Part shown: positions 46,168-48,447 of the stretch, piece by piece
How positions within the stretch are numbered: position 1 is the first letter of the stretch
How the letters are laid out: each line of letters starts with the position of its first letter
Assembly: GCA_000993025.1 (NCBI GenBank)
Contig: LBVJ01000023.1
Span: forward strand, 1 to 48,447
Origin: Candidatus Woesebacteria bacterium GW2011_GWA1_38_8
GTDB lineage: Bacteria > Patescibacteriota > Microgenomatia > UBA8517
Direction: 5' to 3'
DNA length: 48,447 bases
Program-made: the position numbers and the translations under genes
Notes under the pieces: model-generated
What the model saw: the letters and a program-made list of their open reading frames with translations, nothing else
Database searches by the model: none
Told to the model about the DNA's origin: nothing

Positions 46168-46537
46168 GTTCTTCAGCTTCTACTGCTTCTTCTTTTGTCT
46201 TGTGAATAGTTTTATCCGGATGATTTGGCGGTGAGTACAATGAGTACAGTTTCAGATCACCGCTACCGATGTTTATGATATTGTGTTCGCTTCCTGCCGG
46301 TACGATAATAACATCCCCGTCCTTTACTTCATACTCTTCATTTCCAATGATCACCTTTCCTGTACCTGCTTCGAACCTAAAGAACTGATCCACATTATTG
46401 TGCACTTCTTTACCAATATCTTCACCGGATTTTAGGCTCATAAGCACCAATTGAGTATGTTGTCCTGTAAATAAAACTTGTCTGAAGTATGAATTTTTTA
46501 CTGTTAGATCTTCAATATTTCCGTAGTATCCTGTCAT
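46151..46537 (-). CDS. Cupin-domain protein
   Basis: GKEVHNNVDQFFRFEAGTGKV...GDVIIVPAGSEHNIIN (cupin motifs 1 and 2). Start chosen at the Met preceded by GAAGGAGGTG 8 nt upstream; the longer ORF to 46663 is unlikely. Confidence 0.75.
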   Translation of the reverse strand: MTGYYGNIEDLTVKNSYFRQVLFTGQHTQLVLMSLKSGEDIGKEVHNNVDQFFRFEAGTGKVIIGNEEYEVKDGDVIIVPAGSEHNIINIGSGDLKLYSLYSPPNHPDKTIHKTKEEAVEAEEHEHHA

Positions 46538-46692
46538 ATTTATCACCACCTCCTTCGAGCCGCCGAAGATTGAATAATCGAAGGCGCTCTTCATAATTCC
46601 TATACAATACTCATTATAACATTTATTACTGTTATGACACTTCTTTTGGAAGTGACATGTCAAACATTGTTTGTCATAATAATTATAATCCT

Positions 46693-47748
46693 ATGGCAAG
46701 GCTTACTTATGAAGATCTTATAAAAAAGCACCTCCAGATTCTTAGGGGATTAAAAACGAAATCCGGACTTTTTCTCGCATCAAAGAAAGGTGTGTCAACA
46801 GGATATGATAAATCATGGCTAAGAGATAATTTTTACGAGACTATTGCCTTTGAAATAATCGGTGACTGGAAAACTATTGAAAAAACTTACTACGCAATCC
46901 TAAATATCTTTTTGAGATTTGAAGAAAAGATCGATTGGGCGATCAAAGAAAAACCGAGAGAAACATACAAGAGAATACATGCAAGATTTCACCCCGACAC
47001 TTTTGAAGAGTTTTGGGATGAATGGGGGAATAAACAAAACGATGCCGTCGGTTGCATTTTATACAGAATTGGAGAACTTGAAACAAATCAAAAAAGATCG
47101 ATTATCAAAACCGATGATCAAGTGCGCATCGTAAATAAACTGGTCAAATACTTAACTGCTATTGAATATTGGCATGACCCGGATTCGGGTATGTGGGAAG
47201 AAGACGAAGAACTTCATGCATCATCTGTTGGGGCGTGTGTCGCCGGTCTGAAGTCTATATCCAATCATCCTAAGATCGAAGTTCCCAAATGGCTTATCAA
47301 AAAAGGAGAAGATTCTTTGAAAGAATTACTTCCGAGAGAATCACAAAGAAAATTCACGGATCTATCTCTCCTTTCGCTTATTTGGCCATATAATGTTGTA
47401 ACAGATGAACAAAGGATCCAAATACTGGAAAATGTCGAATATCATTTGCTTCGGGAGCGGGGTGTTATAAGGTACAAAGGAGATCATTATTATAATAAAA
47501 ATAAGGATCAGATAAGTGAAGAAGCAGAGTGGACATTCGGTTTATCATGGTTGGTGATAATTTACGAAAAACTTGGATATAAGGACAAGGCAAGAGAGAT
47601 ACTAAAAAATCTGATCGTACTTGATACGCCCGAGGGTTTGCCTGAGCTTTATTTTTCAAATTCTCCGGAATACAACGAAAACACACCTCTGGGATGGAGC
47701 GAATCGCTATTCATTGTGGCTCTTTGGGAGATGGATGAGAGATATTAA
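46693..47748 (+). CDS. Glycoside hydrolase family 15-like (glucoamylase/glucodextranase-type (alpha/alpha)6 domain)
   Basis: SWLRDNFYE, NDAVGCILY, DSGMWEEDEELHASSVGACVAGL, PLGWSESLFIVAL. The alternative start at 46657 adds 12 aa. Confidence 0.6.
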   Translation: MARLTYEDLIKKHLQILRGLKTKSGLFLASKKGVSTGYDKSWLRDNFYETIAFEIIGDWKTIEKTYYAILNIFLRFEEKIDWAIKEKPRETYKRIHARFHPDTFEEFWDEWGNKQNDAVGCILYRIGELETNQKRSIIKTDDQVRIVNKLVKYLTAIEYWHDPDSGMWEEDEELHASSVGACVAGLKSISNHPKIEVPKWLIKKGEDSLKELLPRESQRKFTDLSLLSLIWPYNVVTDEQRIQILENVEYHLLRERGVIRYKGDHYYNKNKDQISEEAEWTFGLSWLVIIYEKLGYKDKAREILKNLIVLDTPEGLPELYFSNSPEYNENTPLGWSESLFIVALWEMDERY

Positions 47749-47834
47749 TTATAAGGTAGCACAAGTTTACTTATGAAAATCTAAAATAAGCTTCAATTGT
47801 TTATCAATACTATAGGTGTATAATAGCTGATACT

Positions 47835-48182
47835 ATGTCAGAACGTAACCTGAACAGTCGTGTTTTGACGGGGTGCGATCACTGCCGAAATTGTTTTATT
47901 GATTTTTATGGAAACCAGGAAGAACTTAAAGAAACATTTCCGTCAGCTACAATTTACAGTTATTTTGGTGATCGGCATTTGGAAAGAATTAAAGAGAAGG
48001 GGGTCTATGCAGAACCATATTCGGATTCGGATAAACAAACAGGTCATTATATGATAAAAGTTGTAGACAATTGTCCGTTTCTGGAACCTTTTGGTTGGTA
48101 TAGAAAGGGAATGTCCGGAGGTTTTGAGTGTACCAATCTTAGTATTCCACAAGACTGTGCAAAAAAGTTTAAATTTAAATAG
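47835..48182 (+). CDS. Hypothetical Cys-rich protein
   Basis: 115-aa ORF with CDHCRNC and additional Cys residues. No family recognised. Confidence 0.35.
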   Translation: MSERNLNSRVLTGCDHCRNCFIDFYGNQEELKETFPSATIYSYFGDRHLERIKEKGVYAEPYSDSDKQTGHYMIKVVDNCPFLEPFGWYRKGMSGGFECTNLSIPQDCAKKFKFK

Positions 48183-48218
48183 AAACAGATCACTGTTGGT
48201 TTATGTTAATATTTATAC

Positions 48219-48401
48219 ATGGAGTTTCTTTCCTGGTACTATTCCGAGGGCATTAATTACTATCTCAAAAGATGGATATATGCGCTTCGCTATGTCGAGC
48301 ACAATTTTTCTATTCCGCTTCTTGTAAAAACCCTCTTCTATCCCTGGAAACGTTTGGAAACGGAAGATGCCGGTCCGGGGTTTGATATTGTTGTCGTATA
48401 G
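48219..48401 (+). CDS. Hypothetical small protein
   Basis: 60-aa ORF near the window edge. Confidence 0.25.
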   Translation: MEFLSWYYSEGINYYLKRWIYALRYVEHNFSIPLLVKTLFYPWKRLETEDAGPGFDIVVV

Positions 48402-48447
48402 ATTGAACTGAAAAATGGCAGAACTCTGTAGGATTTAATGGAAACAG

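Overview
AT-rich 48.4 kb bacterial chromosomal fragment, densely packed with short genes on both strands. The gene content and the small, divergent proteins suggest an uncultivated, reduced-genome bacterium (CPR/Patescibacteria-like); that placement is inference only. Standard genetic code: long ORFs are intact and TGA closes many natural genes. Most of the window is housekeeping: truB, uppP, dgkA, an L,D-transpeptidase, lon, greA, lysS, serS, secA, rarA, gdhA, tdh and kbl. There is a queuosine-salvage pair (yhhQ plus a QueF-like T-fold protein), a polyamine pair (speH plus a BpsA-like aminopropyltransferase), and DNA house-cleaning genes (two NUDIX hydrolases, a family-6-like UDG, an SRAP peptidase). 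A complete copper-homeostasis locus is present: copZ, a TauE-like/cupredoxin fusion, csoR with a palindromic operator, a cupredoxin protein and copA. Membrane proteins include TspO, DUF1295, a CaCA exchanger, a ZIP transporter, an ABC exporter and an LCP protein. Two tRNAs are present, Gln-CUG and Glu-CUC. I found no rRNA, CRISPR array, transposase, integrase or recognisable defence system. The features most worth a second look are these. (1) A rearranged tRNA-Gln locus in which a small GIY-YIG nuclease gene, duplicated tRNA 3' ends and a degenerate tRNA-Gln copy with a 35-nt GIY-YIG-derived insert bracket a squalene/phytoene-synthase-like ORF. (2) Three tandem 40-50 nt repeats, each beginning with the 5' acceptor strand of the tRNA-Glu that follows them. 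(3) A T-box-type leader with no aminoacyl-tRNA synthetase directly downstream. (4) An unusually high density of interrupted genes (five frameshifts and one in-frame stop, plus a truncated serS), which points to indel-prone sequence or active gene decay. All calls come from reading the sequence and ORF translations by eye; no searches were run.
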